This document shows positions 50,433 through 60,032 of a stretch of 64,000 nt of DNA, in pieces. The notes beneath the pieces were generated by a model that saw only the letters and a program-made list of their open reading frames with translations, did no database searches and had not been told where the DNA came from. The stretch lies in NCBI GenBank assembly GCA_963792415.1, contig CAWBVY010000006.1:704001-768000 (forward strand). The letters run 5' to 3'. A program made the translations under genes and the position numbers. Every line of letters starts with the position of its first letter. Position 1 is the stretch's first letter. This DNA is from Candidatus Deferrimicrobiaceae bacterium (GTDB lineage: Bacteria; Desulfobacterota; Deferrimicrobia; Deferrimicrobiales; Deferrimicrobiaceae).

Positions 50433-50455
50433 CCGAACGGAAAGGAAGGTACACC

Positions 50456-51745
50456 ATGACGTTGATGCATCGCGCGCGGCAGGGGGAGATCCCTCCGGCG
50501 ATCGCCCTTGCGGCGCAATCGGAACATATGGACCCCGAGACGCTTCGGGATCGGATCGCCGCAGGGAGAGTCGTCATTCCCCGCAACCGGAAACGCCGCG
50601 AGATCCGCCCCGTCGCCGTCGGCGAAGGCCTCACCATCAAGGTGAACGCGAACGTCGGCTCCTCCCGCGACCACGCCGACATCGCGCTGGAGATGGAGAA
50701 GATGCGCGCCGCCGTGGCGGCCGGGGCCGACGCGGTGATGGACCTGTCCACGGGAGGACCGATCGACGAGATCCGACAGGCGATCCTCGCCGAGTGCCCC
50801 GTACCGGTCGGGACCGTCCCCCTGTACCAGATCGCGGCCGACGGCAACCTGCGTGGAAAATCGTGGGTCGAACTCACGGCGGACGACTTCTTCGCCGGGA
50901 TCGAGAAACAGGCCTTCGAGGGGGTCGACTTCATGACGGTCCACTGCGGCGTGACCCGCGGATCGGTCGAGCGCCTGGTCCGGGAGGGTCGCCGCCTCGA
51001 CATCGTCAGCCGCGGCGGGTCTCTCCTGGCGGAGTGGATGGATTTCAACGGTCAGGAAAACCCGTTCTACGAACAGTACGACCGTCTCCTTGCGATCTGC
51101 CGGGAGTACGACGTCACGATCTCCCTGGGCGACGGCCTGCGCCCCGGGTGCCTGGCGGACGCCACGGATCGCGCGCAGGTCCACGAATTGATGACGCTGG
51201 GCGAACTCACCGAGCGCGCCTGGGAGAAAGACGTGCAGGTGATGGTCGAAGGCCCCGGCCACGTCCCGATGCACCAGATCGCCGCCAACATGGTGCTCCA
51301 GAAGCGGCTGTGCCACGGCGCGCCGTTCTACGTCCTCGGCCCCCTGGTGACCGACATCGCCCCGGGGTACGACCACATCACTTCGGCCATCGGCGGCGCG
51401 ATCGCCGGTTGGAGCGGCGCGGATTTCCTGTGCTACGTTACGCCGTCGGAGCACCTCCGGCTGCCGCCGGTGGAGGACGTGCGCGAAGGGGTGATCGCGA
51501 CCCGGATCGCCGCGCATGCCGCGGATATCGCCCGCGGGCTCCCCGGGGCGATGGACCGGGACAACAAGATGGCGGATGCGCGCGGCGCGCTGGACTGGAA
51601 GGCGCAGATCGAACTGTCCATCGACCCGGAACGGGCGAGCGCCTGGCGGGGGGGATCCCTTCCCAGCGCGGACGAGGCGGCCTGCACGATGTGCGCGGAC
51701 CTGTGCGCCATCAAGACGTCGCGGAAGGCGATCCGGAAAGGGTAG
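50456..51745 (+). CDS. thiC: Phosphomethylpyrimidine synthase ThiC
   Basis: KVNANVG, MDLSTGG, SRGGS, SLGDGLRPG, EGPGH, CTMCADLC. Confidence 0.97.
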   Translation: MTLMHRARQGEIPPAIALAAQSEHMDPETLRDRIAAGRVVIPRNRKRREIRPVAVGEGLTIKVNANVGSSRDHADIALEMEKMRAAVAAGADAVMDLSTGGPIDEIRQAILAECPVPVGTVPLYQIAADGNLRGKSWVELTADDFFAGIEKQAFEGVDFMTVHCGVTRGSVERLVREGRRLDIVSRGGSLLAEWMDFNGQENPFYEQYDRLLAICREYDVTISLGDGLRPGCLADATDRAQVHELMTLGELTERAWEKDVQVMVEGPGHVPMHQIAANMVLQKRLCHGAPFYVLGPLVTDIAPGYDHITSAIGGAIAGWSGADFLCYVTPSEHLRLPPVEDVREGVIATRIAAHAADIARGLPGAMDRDNKMADARGALDWKAQIELSIDPERASAWRGGSLPSADEAACTMCADLCAIKTSRKAIRKG

Positions 51746-51763
51746 CTCCCGGCGAACCCGCCG

Positions 51764-52270
51764 CTATTTCGCGGGGACCACCGACCGCACCTTTTCCCGG
51801 AACGGTTCCGCGAACCGATCAGGGAAGACGGCCGCGAGCCGCTTTCCCGCGGCCATGGCCGTGGGTGCCGCCTTCGACTCGCGCAGCAGCCGGGCGTCCC
51901 GCGGCAGCAGGATCACCAGCAGGAACACGACCAGTATCGAGAACAGCGCGCCTTTCACCAGGCCCACCGCCATCCCCGCGAGCCGGTCCGTCCCCGACAG
52001 CGTGGACTTCCGTACCCACCCCTCGATCAGCCCCCCGATCAGCCGGACCGCGAGATACGCGGCGAGGAAGACGACCGCATACCCGACCACCTCGGCGTAC
52101 TGGAAGGAGAGGCCGAGCCTCGCCTGCGCGAAGCCGTACCACCGGACCCCTGCCAGGTGTCCTGCGATCAACCCCCCGAGGGAGAAGAGCTGCCGGACCA
52201 GGCCCCGGACGATTCCGGAGACGGCGAACCAGACGATCAGTAATGCAAGGATCAGATCGAGGAGGTTCAT
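51764..52270 (-). CDS. cvpA: CvpA family membrane protein
   Basis: MNLLDL...RGLVRQL...DRLAGMAVGLVKG pattern. Confidence 0.88.
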   Translation of the reverse strand: MNLLDLILALLIVWFAVSGIVRGLVRQLFSLGGLIAGHLAGVRWYGFAQARLGLSFQYAEVVGYAVVFLAAYLAVRLIGGLIEGWVRKSTLSGTDRLAGMAVGLVKGALFSILVVFLLVILLPRDARLLRESKAAPTAMAAGKRLAAVFPDRFAEPFREKVRSVVPAK

Positions 52271-52415
52271 GCCCCCATTATGGCGTCACCGGAACGTCCC
52301 TTCAACAGAAACACCCGGCCGGTAATGGACTTTTTTCGGGATCCCTTCCGAAGGGTTGGAAACGGCGCGGGAAGCGGTGTATAAAGAATGTCCGGGGAAA
52401 GCCTCCCGGTATGGC

Positions 52416-52502
52416 GCCGGAGTGGTGGAACTGGCAGACGCGCGGGACTCAAAATCCCGTGTCCGCGAGGACGTGAGGGTTCAAGTCCCTCCTCCGGCAC
52501 CA
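52416..52502 (+). tRNA. tRNA-Leu(CAA)
   Basis: GCCGGAG acceptor stem, TGGCAGAC D-loop, CTCAAAA anticodon loop, long variable arm, GGTTCAAGTCC, encoded CCA. Confidence 0.97.
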
Positions 52503-52507
52503 CCTCA

Positions 52508-52520
52508 AATCAAGCAGTTA
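52508..52520 (+). promoter_or_regulatory. IHF-consensus site immediately 3' of the tRNA (att-like remnant)
   Basis: AATCAAGCAGTTA matches WATCAANNNNTTR. Confidence 0.5.
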
Positions 52521-52706
52521 CGCTCGACGCTGTGCCTCCGTTGATAGCACAGCCCTGCTTTCGCCGGGGCGTCTCCATCACCAAGACCACAATTGCGGGG
52601 GCGGGGGGAAAATAATAGTGATTTTTTCCATCGGACTTGCCGATATTCCCTACGAGACAGAATTGTATCGATATTTCCCAGCCTTGGCTAAAAAAGGAGG
52701 GATTTG

Positions 52707-53273
52707 ATGAAAAGAACCGCCCTTTTATCGGTCTTGTTGTTGCTGGTCACCGTCCCGGCGTTCGCGGAAAACCCACCCAAAAACCCACCCAACTATGCAA
52801 CCTTGAAACTTGGTGCGTATCTCCCACAGGCCGACGATATGGATAACTTCAACGACGGGTTCAACGTGGAAGTGGCGGTTGGCCAATATTTCAATCCGTA
52901 TGCGGCTGTTGATTTAAGCATCGGATATCTTAAGGCCAACGGCAGCGCTTCGGGAGTAAGTGGGCAGGTAAGAGCATACCCGGTCCTCCTGAGCATTAAG
53001 GGGGTGGTCCCGCTGTCCATTGTCGAACTGTATGGCCTTGTTGGGGGTGGGGTGTATTTTACTGACGCCCAAGTAAGCGGATTTGGGATTACTGATAGCG
53101 AGAGCGACATTACAAGTGGATTCCAGGCAGGGGTGGGGGCAAACTTCAACTTGTCCGGGAACGTGTTCTTGGGAGTAGAAGGAAAATATTTTTGGGCATT
53201 TCCCGAGTTTGACTCAGTCAAAGTCCATATCGACGGCATCCAAGCCACGGCAAATATCGGCTATCGTTTTTAG
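52707..53273 (+). CDS. Outer-membrane beta-barrel protein (8-strand OmpA/OmpW-like), lower GC
   Basis: Signal peptide ending AFA, amphipathic strands, C-terminal IGYRF; AAGGAGG RBS. Confidence 0.88.
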   Translation: MKRTALLSVLLLLVTVPAFAENPPKNPPNYATLKLGAYLPQADDMDNFNDGFNVEVAVGQYFNPYAAVDLSIGYLKANGSASGVSGQVRAYPVLLSIKGVVPLSIVELYGLVGGGVYFTDAQVSGFGITDSESDITSGFQAGVGANFNLSGNVFLGVEGKYFWAFPEFDSVKVHIDGIQATANIGYRF

Positions 53274-53328
53274 ATACCACCCGGTTTATGGTACATCGGG
53301 GGAGGGCCTCCGGTACCAAGGCAATCCG

Positions 53329-53362
53329 AAGGGCTGGCAATGATCCGTTGTCAGCCCTTTTT
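53329..53362 (+). terminator. Intrinsic terminator
   Basis: AAGGGCTGGCAA / TTGTCAGCCCTT stem plus T tract. Confidence 0.8.
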
Positions 53363-53395
53363 CATTGCGTGGGTGCTCGAAGGGGGTCCCCCGGG

Positions 53396-54376
53396 TCAGG
53401 CTTCCGGCAATAGGACGATTTTACCCCTTACCTGACGGTTGACCAGCCGCTTCATCGCGGCGGCGGCTTCGCTCAGAGGCACCCGTTCGCTGATGGATGG
53501 CCTCACCTTGCCGGCCGCGAACCATTCCATCAATTGCTTCACATTGCGCAGGTGGCCTTCGGGGTCGCGCTTGACCGATTCCCCCCAATAGACGCCGACG
53601 ATGGAGCGTTCCTGGAGGAGAGCGAGGTTGATCGGAATCTTCGGGATGTCCCCGGCGGCGAACCCGATCACCAGGAGGCGCCCACCCCAGGCCGTGGCGC
53701 GCAGGGCGCTCTCGGTGTAGGGGCCGCCAACGGGATCGCAGACCACGTCCACTCCTTTGCCTCCCGTCAGCTCCTTGACGCGATCGCGCAGGTTTCCGGA
53801 GGCGTAGTTGATGGTCTCATCGGCGCCCGCTTTCCGGCACAGGGAAAGTTTCTCCTCGCTGGAGGCGGCCGCGAGAACACGGGCGCCCATCACCTTGCCG
53901 ATTTCGACGGCCGCAAGGCCGACGCCGCCCGCGGCTCCCAGCACCAGCAAGGTTTCGCCGGCACCGAGACGGCCCCTGTCCCGCAGTGCGTGGAGGGAGG
54001 TTCCATAGGTGAAGAAGAACGCGGCGCCGGTTTCGAAGTCCATCTCCCCGGGCAGCGTCGTCACCCGTCCGGCGTCCACCGCGCACTCCTCGGCGAAACC
54101 ACCCCAGCCGGCGATGGCGCTGACCCTGTCGCCCGCATGGAAACCCCGCACATCCGCTCCGACCTCGACGATCACGCCAGCGATTTCCGTACCGGGCGAA
54201 AAGGGAAGGGGCGGCTTCACCTGGTAGAGACCCTGCGCCATCAAGGCATCGGGGAAGTTGAGCGAAGCGGCCTTTACATCGATCAGGACCTGGTGGGGAC
54301 CGGGGCGCGGAGATTCGATCTCCCGCATCGCGAGATGTTCCAGCGGACCGAAGGCGGTGCACAGCAGCGCTTTCAT
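53396..54376 (-). CDS. NADPH:quinone oxidoreductase (zeta-crystallin/MDR family)
   Basis: SLNFPD, YQVKPPLPFSPG, GAAGGVG, IGFAAG, GKIVL. Confidence 0.92.
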   Translation of the reverse strand: MKALLCTAFGPLEHLAMREIESPRPGPHQVLIDVKAASLNFPDALMAQGLYQVKPPLPFSPGTEIAGVIVEVGADVRGFHAGDRVSAIAGWGGFAEECAVDAGRVTTLPGEMDFETGAAFFFTYGTSLHALRDRGRLGAGETLLVLGAAGGVGLAAVEIGKVMGARVLAAASSEEKLSLCRKAGADETINYASGNLRDRVKELTGGKGVDVVCDPVGGPYTESALRATAWGGRLLVIGFAAGDIPKIPINLALLQERSIVGVYWGESVKRDPEGHLRNVKQLMEWFAAGKVRPSISERVPLSEAAAAMKRLVNRQVRGKIVLLPEA

Positions 54377-54482
54377 GCCTTCCTCACGGGGTCACCATTT
54401 CCGAAGCGGTCCCCTTCCCCGAAAGGTGCCCTGCCACCGCGTCCCCGGGTTCGAGATACGCGAATCCATCCAAGGTACGCCG

Positions 54483-55559
54483 CTACTTTCCCGAGACCTC
54501 CGCGACGGCTTTCATGATGTTGTCCGAGGAGATCTCCAAAATGCCGTACAAGGTCTTTGTCTTCCCGGTGCGCGAATCGAGCACGGCCACGGAAGGGGTG
54601 CCCGGTACCTTGAACTTCTTGACGAGGGCGCTGAAGTACTGCATGCCGGCCATGACGTCCACGTAATTCAACGGGACATACTTCACGCCGAGGGGGGAAA
54701 CCGCCGCCTGGACATCCTCCGGCGTCGGTTCCTTTGTTCTCTTCGCAAGGGCCGCCATGGCTTCCCGGATCTCGAGATATTTCGCCTTCTCACGGACGAT
54801 GAAGGACAAATTGTACGGAATGAAGTTGAAGGTTTCCGGGTGGACCGGGTAATCCACGAAAACCACCTTCGCCTTCCGCATGGCTTTTCGGGCACCCTTC
54901 AGGATCTCCGGCTCGGCGACGCGGCACGCGGGGCAGAACCAGTCCGTGATCATGTAGACCTCCGTACTGCTTTCCTCATCCCCGAAGGCGAGGGACTTCA
55001 CCGGCAGACCGGCCGCAAACGCGTCGGGTTTCGAAAGACCCATCGCGGTTACGCCCATGCCGGCGAGGAACGCGAAAAGAATCAAAGCCGTCTTGCCCGC
55101 GAGCCGTTTCATCTCCATGTTCCTTTCTCCGCCACGAATTCGGATTCCAACCCCGGGCAATCGCTCCAGGGCGATCAGGACGCACGCCGTTACGACCGAG
55201 AGGGCGATTCCGACGCAGAGCGGGCACCACCTTCCAATAACATACTTCTGATACCAGACGAGTACGAATTCTGAGCCGAGTGCCCCGGAGAGCAGAACGG
55301 GGACCAGAAAACCGGAGAACCGGAATCGGTTCCTTGTGAGAAAAGCGAGGCCGCACAATGTGAAATATCCGACGCCGAGGGGGGAAAGCGGGAGTCCGAA
55401 AATCCGGTACAGGTGCGTTTCCTCGCAACCACCGGAGCAGATCCCGAGCCAGGACAGGACGGAAAGGATCCACGCCGCGGCAAACGGCACCGCGATCCAA
55501 TACCCGCGGTGCGATTTCCACAGACCGGCCGAAGCGGTTGTCTCCAGTGCAGCGCCCAT
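54483..55559 (-). CDS. VKOR-like membrane domain fused to a DsbA/thioredoxin-fold domain
   Basis: Loop cysteines CSGGC, TM-end CPLC, then DWFCPAC and GTP cis-Pro motif. Confidence 0.8.
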   Translation of the reverse strand: MGAALETTASAGLWKSHRGYWIAVPFAAAWILSVLSWLGICSGGCEETHLYRIFGLPLSPLGVGYFTLCGLAFLTRNRFRFSGFLVPVLLSGALGSEFVLVWYQKYVIGRWCPLCVGIALSVVTACVLIALERLPGVGIRIRGGERNMEMKRLAGKTALILFAFLAGMGVTAMGLSKPDAFAAGLPVKSLAFGDEESSTEVYMITDWFCPACRVAEPEILKGARKAMRKAKVVFVDYPVHPETFNFIPYNLSFIVREKAKYLEIREAMAALAKRTKEPTPEDVQAAVSPLGVKYVPLNYVDVMAGMQYFSALVKKFKVPGTPSVAVLDSRTGKTKTLYGILEISSDNIMKAVAEVSGK

Positions 55560-55587
55560 GCGTGAATCCTTTCCTTTTGATGATATC

Positions 55588-55605
55588 CGATTTCCCGGGA
55601 AATCG
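55588..55605. promoter_or_regulatory. Perfect 18-bp palindrome (candidate operator) upstream of VKOR-DsbA
   Basis: CGATTTCCCGGGAAATCG, next to a minus-strand TATCAT -10-like hexamer (55580-55585). Confidence 0.45.
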
Positions 55606-55651
55606 CCGATCCCGAAAGCCTGGTGCACGCTGTGTCCCGCGTTCTTCTCGC

Positions 55652-55783
55652 TCAAGCCCTCAGTGTCTGGAAGCAGGCGTTGGGTCGGCGTTCCGCCGCC
55701 GGGGCGAATCGGTTCGCGGAGAAGATCTGCAGCGAGTTCCCCATGATGTTCCGGCGCGTCTCCCTGCCTTCTTTCCGGACCAG
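55652..55783 (-). pseudogene. Possible truncated TetR-family regulator N-terminus
   Basis: GGAGGA RBS, CTG, then VRKEGRETRRNIMGNSLQIFSANRF resembling TetR helix 1; stops after 43 codons. Confidence 0.35.
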
Positions 55784-55877
55784 AGGAATTCCTCCCCAAG
55801 GCACGGTTTCACGGCATCCTTCAGCCGCACCATCGAGGGTTTCGGAGAACCGATGATCCCCGGCAGATTCATCACCC

Positions 55878-56414
55878 TCACCGATCCCCCTGCGGTGGAG
55901 GCGGGACGGCATGGTCCGAAAAATACCGTTTCCACGGTCCGCTGCCTTCGATGAACGGCTGCAGGATCGCCCTTTCGCCCTGGACCGTGTGCATCAGGTC
56001 GTGCCCTGCCCACTGGTGGATCAACTCCCCGAGGGTGACCATTCCCAGCTCCTGGTGCCGCGCCGTGCGGCTCAAATCGTCGCCCCCGACCTTCGACAAC
56101 ACCACCATGCTCTCCGCCCGAAGCCGAACGAAATCGCCGGCCAATTCGACCGGGGTCGGATTTCCGCCCGGCCCCTTTCCCTCTTCCCCCGGCTGATACG
56201 CCGGAAAATCCTCGCCGCGTAACAGATACCCCACACGCGCCGGGAACACCGACCTCTCGGTGTCGACGATGTGCCGTAAACATTCGTACGCCGACCACTC
56301 CTTCGGCGCCGGCTTCCATTGAAACAGCTCCGGCGACAGCATCGATGCCAACTGGAGCCACCGTTGCGGCGTCGCCTCGAGCACCGGAAGGACCAACCGG
56401 AATATGGGCAGCAT
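55878..56414 (-). CDS. DinB-family four-helix bundle protein
   Basis: WSAYECLRHIVDTE...AGHDLMH metal-binding His pattern. Confidence 0.85.
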   Translation of the reverse strand: MLPIFRLVLPVLEATPQRWLQLASMLSPELFQWKPAPKEWSAYECLRHIVDTERSVFPARVGYLLRGEDFPAYQPGEEGKGPGGNPTPVELAGDFVRLRAESMVVLSKVGGDDLSRTARHQELGMVTLGELIHQWAGHDLMHTVQGERAILQPFIEGSGPWKRYFSDHAVPPPPQGDR

Positions 56415-56542
56415 GCTTCCTCCTGGGAATCCGGGTCTTCGACCGGATCGGCAGACCCGATAGAAATCGACGGGTCATAATTGATACGCGATGCCCTTGC
56501 CCTGTTAACCAGAAACCGTGCCGCGGGGATGCCGGGGGGACT

Positions 56543-57742
56543 TCATACGCGCACCTCCGGGGGCGCCTTGACCGTCGCGACCATTACGGCGGCGGCCGCC
56601 GCGAGGAGGGCCGCGATGCGGAACGCCGAGGCGTAACCGTGGGTGGTGTCGAAGATCCATCCCCCCGCCAACGGGCCGATCATCCCGGCAACCCCCCATG
56701 CCGTCAATAGGAGGCCGTAGTTGTTCCCGAGGTTCCGCATCCCGAAATAATCGGCGGTCGTCGACGGGAAGACGGCGAGCTGCGAACCGTAGCAGTATCC
56801 GATGAGGAAGACGGCGGCGAAGAGCATCGGCACGGTGGAAACCCCGGGGGCGAGGAAGAGGAGCAGTGCCGTCGCGCCCATCACCAGGGTGAGCGTGCGT
56901 ACGCGTCCGAAGTGATCCGACATCCACCCCGAGGCGATCCGCCCGCACCCGTTCCCCACCGAAAGCATCCCCACGGAGAGGGCGGAATCGCGGGCGGAGA
57001 ACCCCGCCCCCAGCGCGAAGGCGGCGAGATGCCCGATCACCATCAGTCCCGCCGCGGTGCCGAAGGCGTACGCGACCCACATCCGGCGGAAGGCGCCGGT
57101 ACCCACCATCTCCCGCGGGAGGAAATCCCGGCCGCCCCGCGCCGCCCCCTTCCCCGCCGCCGGAGGACTCCATCCCGGAGGGCGCCACCCTTCCGGCGGG
57201 TTCCGCAGGAACATCGACCCGGCGACCGTCACCGCCAGAAACCCCGCGCCGAGGATGCCGAAGGTGTCGCGCCACCCGAAGCGGTCGATCATGTATCCGG
57301 CCAGCGGGGCGATCACCGCGCCCCCCGCGCCGTATCCCATCACCATCATTCCCGTGACCAGCCCCCGCCGCTCGGGGAACCATTTCATCCCGACGGAGAG
57401 GGGGCACGTGTAGCCGATACCGCTGCCCAGCCCCACGACGACGCCGTAGCAGCCGTATAACCATGCCAGGGAGTCCGTGTACCGGGAAAGGAAGATCCCC
57501 GCGGAGAAGAGAAGCGCGCCGACGAGGGAGACGGCCGCGGGACCCCGGCGGTCCTGCCACCGCCCCCCGACCAGCACACCGACGGCGATGAAGGCGATCG
57601 AGAGGGTGAACGCGATGGAGAGCTCCGAGCGCGTCCAGCCGAATTCGCGCTGGAGGGGGGTGAGAAACACGCTGTAGACGTACGCGGCGCCGAGGCAAAG
57701 GTTCAAGCTCACGCCGCCGGCGACGCGGAACCACCGGTTCAC
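56543..57742 (-). CDS. MFS transporter, oxalate/formate antiporter (OFA) family
   Basis: 12 TM; GRWQDRRGP, KWFPERRGLVTG, GWMSDHFGR, DYFG..NLGNNYG. Confidence 0.9.
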   Translation of the reverse strand: MNRWFRVAGGVSLNLCLGAAYVYSVFLTPLQREFGWTRSELSIAFTLSIAFIAVGVLVGGRWQDRRGPAAVSLVGALLFSAGIFLSRYTDSLAWLYGCYGVVVGLGSGIGYTCPLSVGMKWFPERRGLVTGMMVMGYGAGGAVIAPLAGYMIDRFGWRDTFGILGAGFLAVTVAGSMFLRNPPEGWRPPGWSPPAAGKGAARGGRDFLPREMVGTGAFRRMWVAYAFGTAAGLMVIGHLAAFALGAGFSARDSALSVGMLSVGNGCGRIASGWMSDHFGRVRTLTLVMGATALLLFLAPGVSTVPMLFAAVFLIGYCYGSQLAVFPSTTADYFGMRNLGNNYGLLLTAWGVAGMIGPLAGGWIFDTTHGYASAFRIAALLAAAAAVMVATVKAPPEVRV

Positions 57743-57770
57743 GCCGCCCCCCTCCCGCGGTGGAACAGGG

Positions 57771-58463
57771 TCACTTGACCGAGATCAGCTCCACCTCGAA
57801 GATCAGCGTGGCGTTCGGACCGATGTCGCGGCCCGCCCCCCTCTCGCCGTACGCGAGATTCGGAGGGATGAAGAGCTGCCACTTCGCCCCTTCCTTCATC
57901 AGCTGGAGCGCCTCGGTCCAACCGGCGATCACGCCCGAGACGGGGAACGTCGCCGGCTCGCCGCGCTTGTAGGAACTGTCGAACTCCGTCCCGTCGATCA
58001 GCGTCCCCTTGTAGTGGGTCGTCACCGTGTCGGTCGCCTTCGGGCTTTTCCCCGTGCCGGGGGTGATCACCTTGTACTGGAGTCCGCTCGGGAGGGACTT
58101 CACCCCCTCCTTCTTCGCGTTCTCCGCGAGGAACTTCTCCCCTTCCACCTTGTTCTTCTCCGAGAGTTTCTGCATCGCCTCCGCCTTCTTCGCCATCAGC
58201 GTCTTCTGGAAGCCCTCTATCGCCTGGCGCGCCTGGTCCTCGGTGAGGAGGGTTTTCCCCCCGCCGTAGCTGTCCTTCAACCCTTTTGCCAGAATGTCCG
58301 GGTCCACCTCGACGGCTCCCCGCTTCAGGTTTCCCCCGATGTCCATCCCGATGCTGTAGCTGATCTTCTCCTTGTCGCTTTTCAATTCCGGCCCATCCGC
58401 CGCAAACGACACCCCCGAAAAGGCAACCATGGCGCACAACGCCACCGCAAGCCGTCTCCTCAT
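57771..58463 (-). CDS. FKBP-type peptidyl-prolyl isomerase (FkpA/Mip-like)
   Basis: Signal peptide, [33 protein letters not shown]. Confidence 0.95.
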   Translation of the reverse strand: MRRRLAVALCAMVAFSGVSFAADGPELKSDKEKISYSIGMDIGGNLKRGAVEVDPDILAKGLKDSYGGGKTLLTEDQARQAIEGFQKTLMAKKAEAMQKLSEKNKVEGEKFLAENAKKEGVKSLPSGLQYKVITPGTGKSPKATDTVTTHYKGTLIDGTEFDSSYKRGEPATFPVSGVIAGWTEALQLMKEGAKWQLFIPPNLAYGERGAGRDIGPNATLIFEVELISVK

Positions 58464-58669
58464 CCTTGCCGCTCCTTTCCGTCGAAAACCGGATCTGTCG
58501 TTCCGTTCCGTAATTTTACACGCCGGCCCGCCGAACCGGAAGCGGATTCCCCTGCACCGGAGCGTCTTTCCGGAACGGGAGGTTTGCGGTATAAATGATC
58601 TTCGCGCGCGGGTCTTTCCACGCGGGCCGAGGGGAACGCTGCCCGGGAGAGGGCGGGAAGGGAGAGGGG

Positions 58670-59743
58670 ATGCAGATCAAAGTGACGCAGGCGCCGGATA
58701 ACCGCAGGAGGCAGAGGCCGAAAAGCGGCGAGAAGCTCGGGTTCGGAAACCTTTTCTCGGACCACATGTTCCTGATGGACTACACGTCGGGAAAGGGATG
58801 GGAAAACGCCCGCATCGTCCCGTACGGGCCGATCTCGCTCGACCCTTCCGCGATGGTGCTGCACTACGGGCAGGAGATCTTCGAGGGGATGAAGGCCTAC
58901 TACGCGCGGGACGGCGCCGTCTGCCTCTTCCGTCCCGACCGGAACGCGGAGCGTATGAACCGCTCGGCGGCGCGGATGTGTTTGCCGGAGATCCCGGTCG
59001 AAGACCAGTTGGCCGCCATCCGTTCCCTGGTGCGGCTCGACCGGGAGTGGATCCCGAGGGACGAGGGGGCCTCCCTGTACATCCGTCCGACGATGATCGC
59101 AACCGAGGCGGGGCTCGGCGTCCGCCCGTCGGCGGAGGTTCTCTATTTCATCATCACCGGACCGGTGGGGGCGTACTACCCCCGGGGATTCGACCCCGTC
59201 CGCATCCTCGTCGAGGAGCGGTACGTGCGCGCCGCCAAAGGGGGGGTGGGAGAGGCGAAGACGGGCGGAAATTACGCGGCGAGTCTCCTCGCGGCGAAGA
59301 ACGCGAAGGCGCTGGGTTTCGACCAGGTCCTCTGGCTCGACGCCGGGCAGCGGAACTTCGTGGAAGAGGTGGGGACGATGAACATCTTCTTCGTGCTCCG
59401 CGGCGAACTGGTCACCCCCCCGCTCTCCGGGTCGATCCTGTCCGGGGTAACACGGGACACCGTCCTCACGCTCGCGCGGGAGTGGAAGATCCCGGTGGCG
59501 GAGCGCCCCGTGGAGATCGACGAGGTCCTGAAGGGGGCCGCGGACGGAACGCTATCGGAGGCGTTCGGCTCCGGGACGGCGGCGGTCATCTCCCCGGTCG
59601 GTTCCTTCTCCTGCCGCGGGAAGGAGGTCGCCGTGAACGGGGGGAAGGCGGGAGACCTCGCCGTTCGCCTCTTCCGGGAGATCACCGGGATCCAGTACGG
59701 GGAGATCGAGGACCGCCACCGGTGGATCCACCGGGTGGAGTGA
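58670..59743 (+). CDS. ilvE: Branched-chain amino acid aminotransferase
   Basis: [43 protein letters not shown]. Confidence 0.95.
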   Translation: MQIKVTQAPDNRRRQRPKSGEKLGFGNLFSDHMFLMDYTSGKGWENARIVPYGPISLDPSAMVLHYGQEIFEGMKAYYARDGAVCLFRPDRNAERMNRSAARMCLPEIPVEDQLAAIRSLVRLDREWIPRDEGASLYIRPTMIATEAGLGVRPSAEVLYFIITGPVGAYYPRGFDPVRILVEERYVRAAKGGVGEAKTGGNYAASLLAAKNAKALGFDQVLWLDAGQRNFVEEVGTMNIFFVLRGELVTPPLSGSILSGVTRDTVLTLAREWKIPVAERPVEIDEVLKGAADGTLSEAFGSGTAAVISPVGSFSCRGKEVAVNGGKAGDLAVRLFREITGIQYGEIEDRHRWIHRVE

Positions 59744-60032
59744 GGGGGGCCTGCAAACCGAGTGCGGCCATCAAGGCCTCGCGGGTGACGCCGGCAACGC
59801 GGACAATCTTGCTCCGACCCCTCTCCCCCGTGACCAGCGTGATGCGGCTCCTGGGAACCCCCACGGCCTTCGCGAGGAAGCGGACGAGGGCGTCGTTGGC
59901 CTTCCCCTCGACCGGGGGGGCGTTGAGTCGGATCCGCACGACGCCGCCCTCGAACCCCGCGACCCCCTCCTTCGAGGAGCGCGGTACCACGCGGACCGAC
60001 ACGGTGGCGGAGGGGTCGTCCGCGAGGCTCAC
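59682..60032 (-). CDS. yggU: DUF167/YggU family protein
   Basis: VRVVPRSS, APPVEGKANDAL, GERGRSK; follows yggT. Confidence 0.85.
   Translation of the reverse strand: MSLADDPSATVSVRVVPRSSKEGVAGFEGGVVRIRLNAPPVEGKANDALVRFLAKAVGVPRSRITLVTGERGRSKIVRVAGVTREALMAALGLQAPLTPPGGSTGGGPRSPRTGSR

Noticed and set aside
55652-55654. Selenocysteine readthrough of a TGA upstream of the redox gene
   Set aside because: The frame does not join VKOR-DsbA, no SECIS-like hairpin or Cys-homologous context was recognised, and all redox motifs use ordinary Cys.
52480-58000. Intact prophage or ICE at tRNA-Leu
   Set aside because: No integrase, phage or conjugation genes, and I found no duplicate of the tRNA 3' end in the window.
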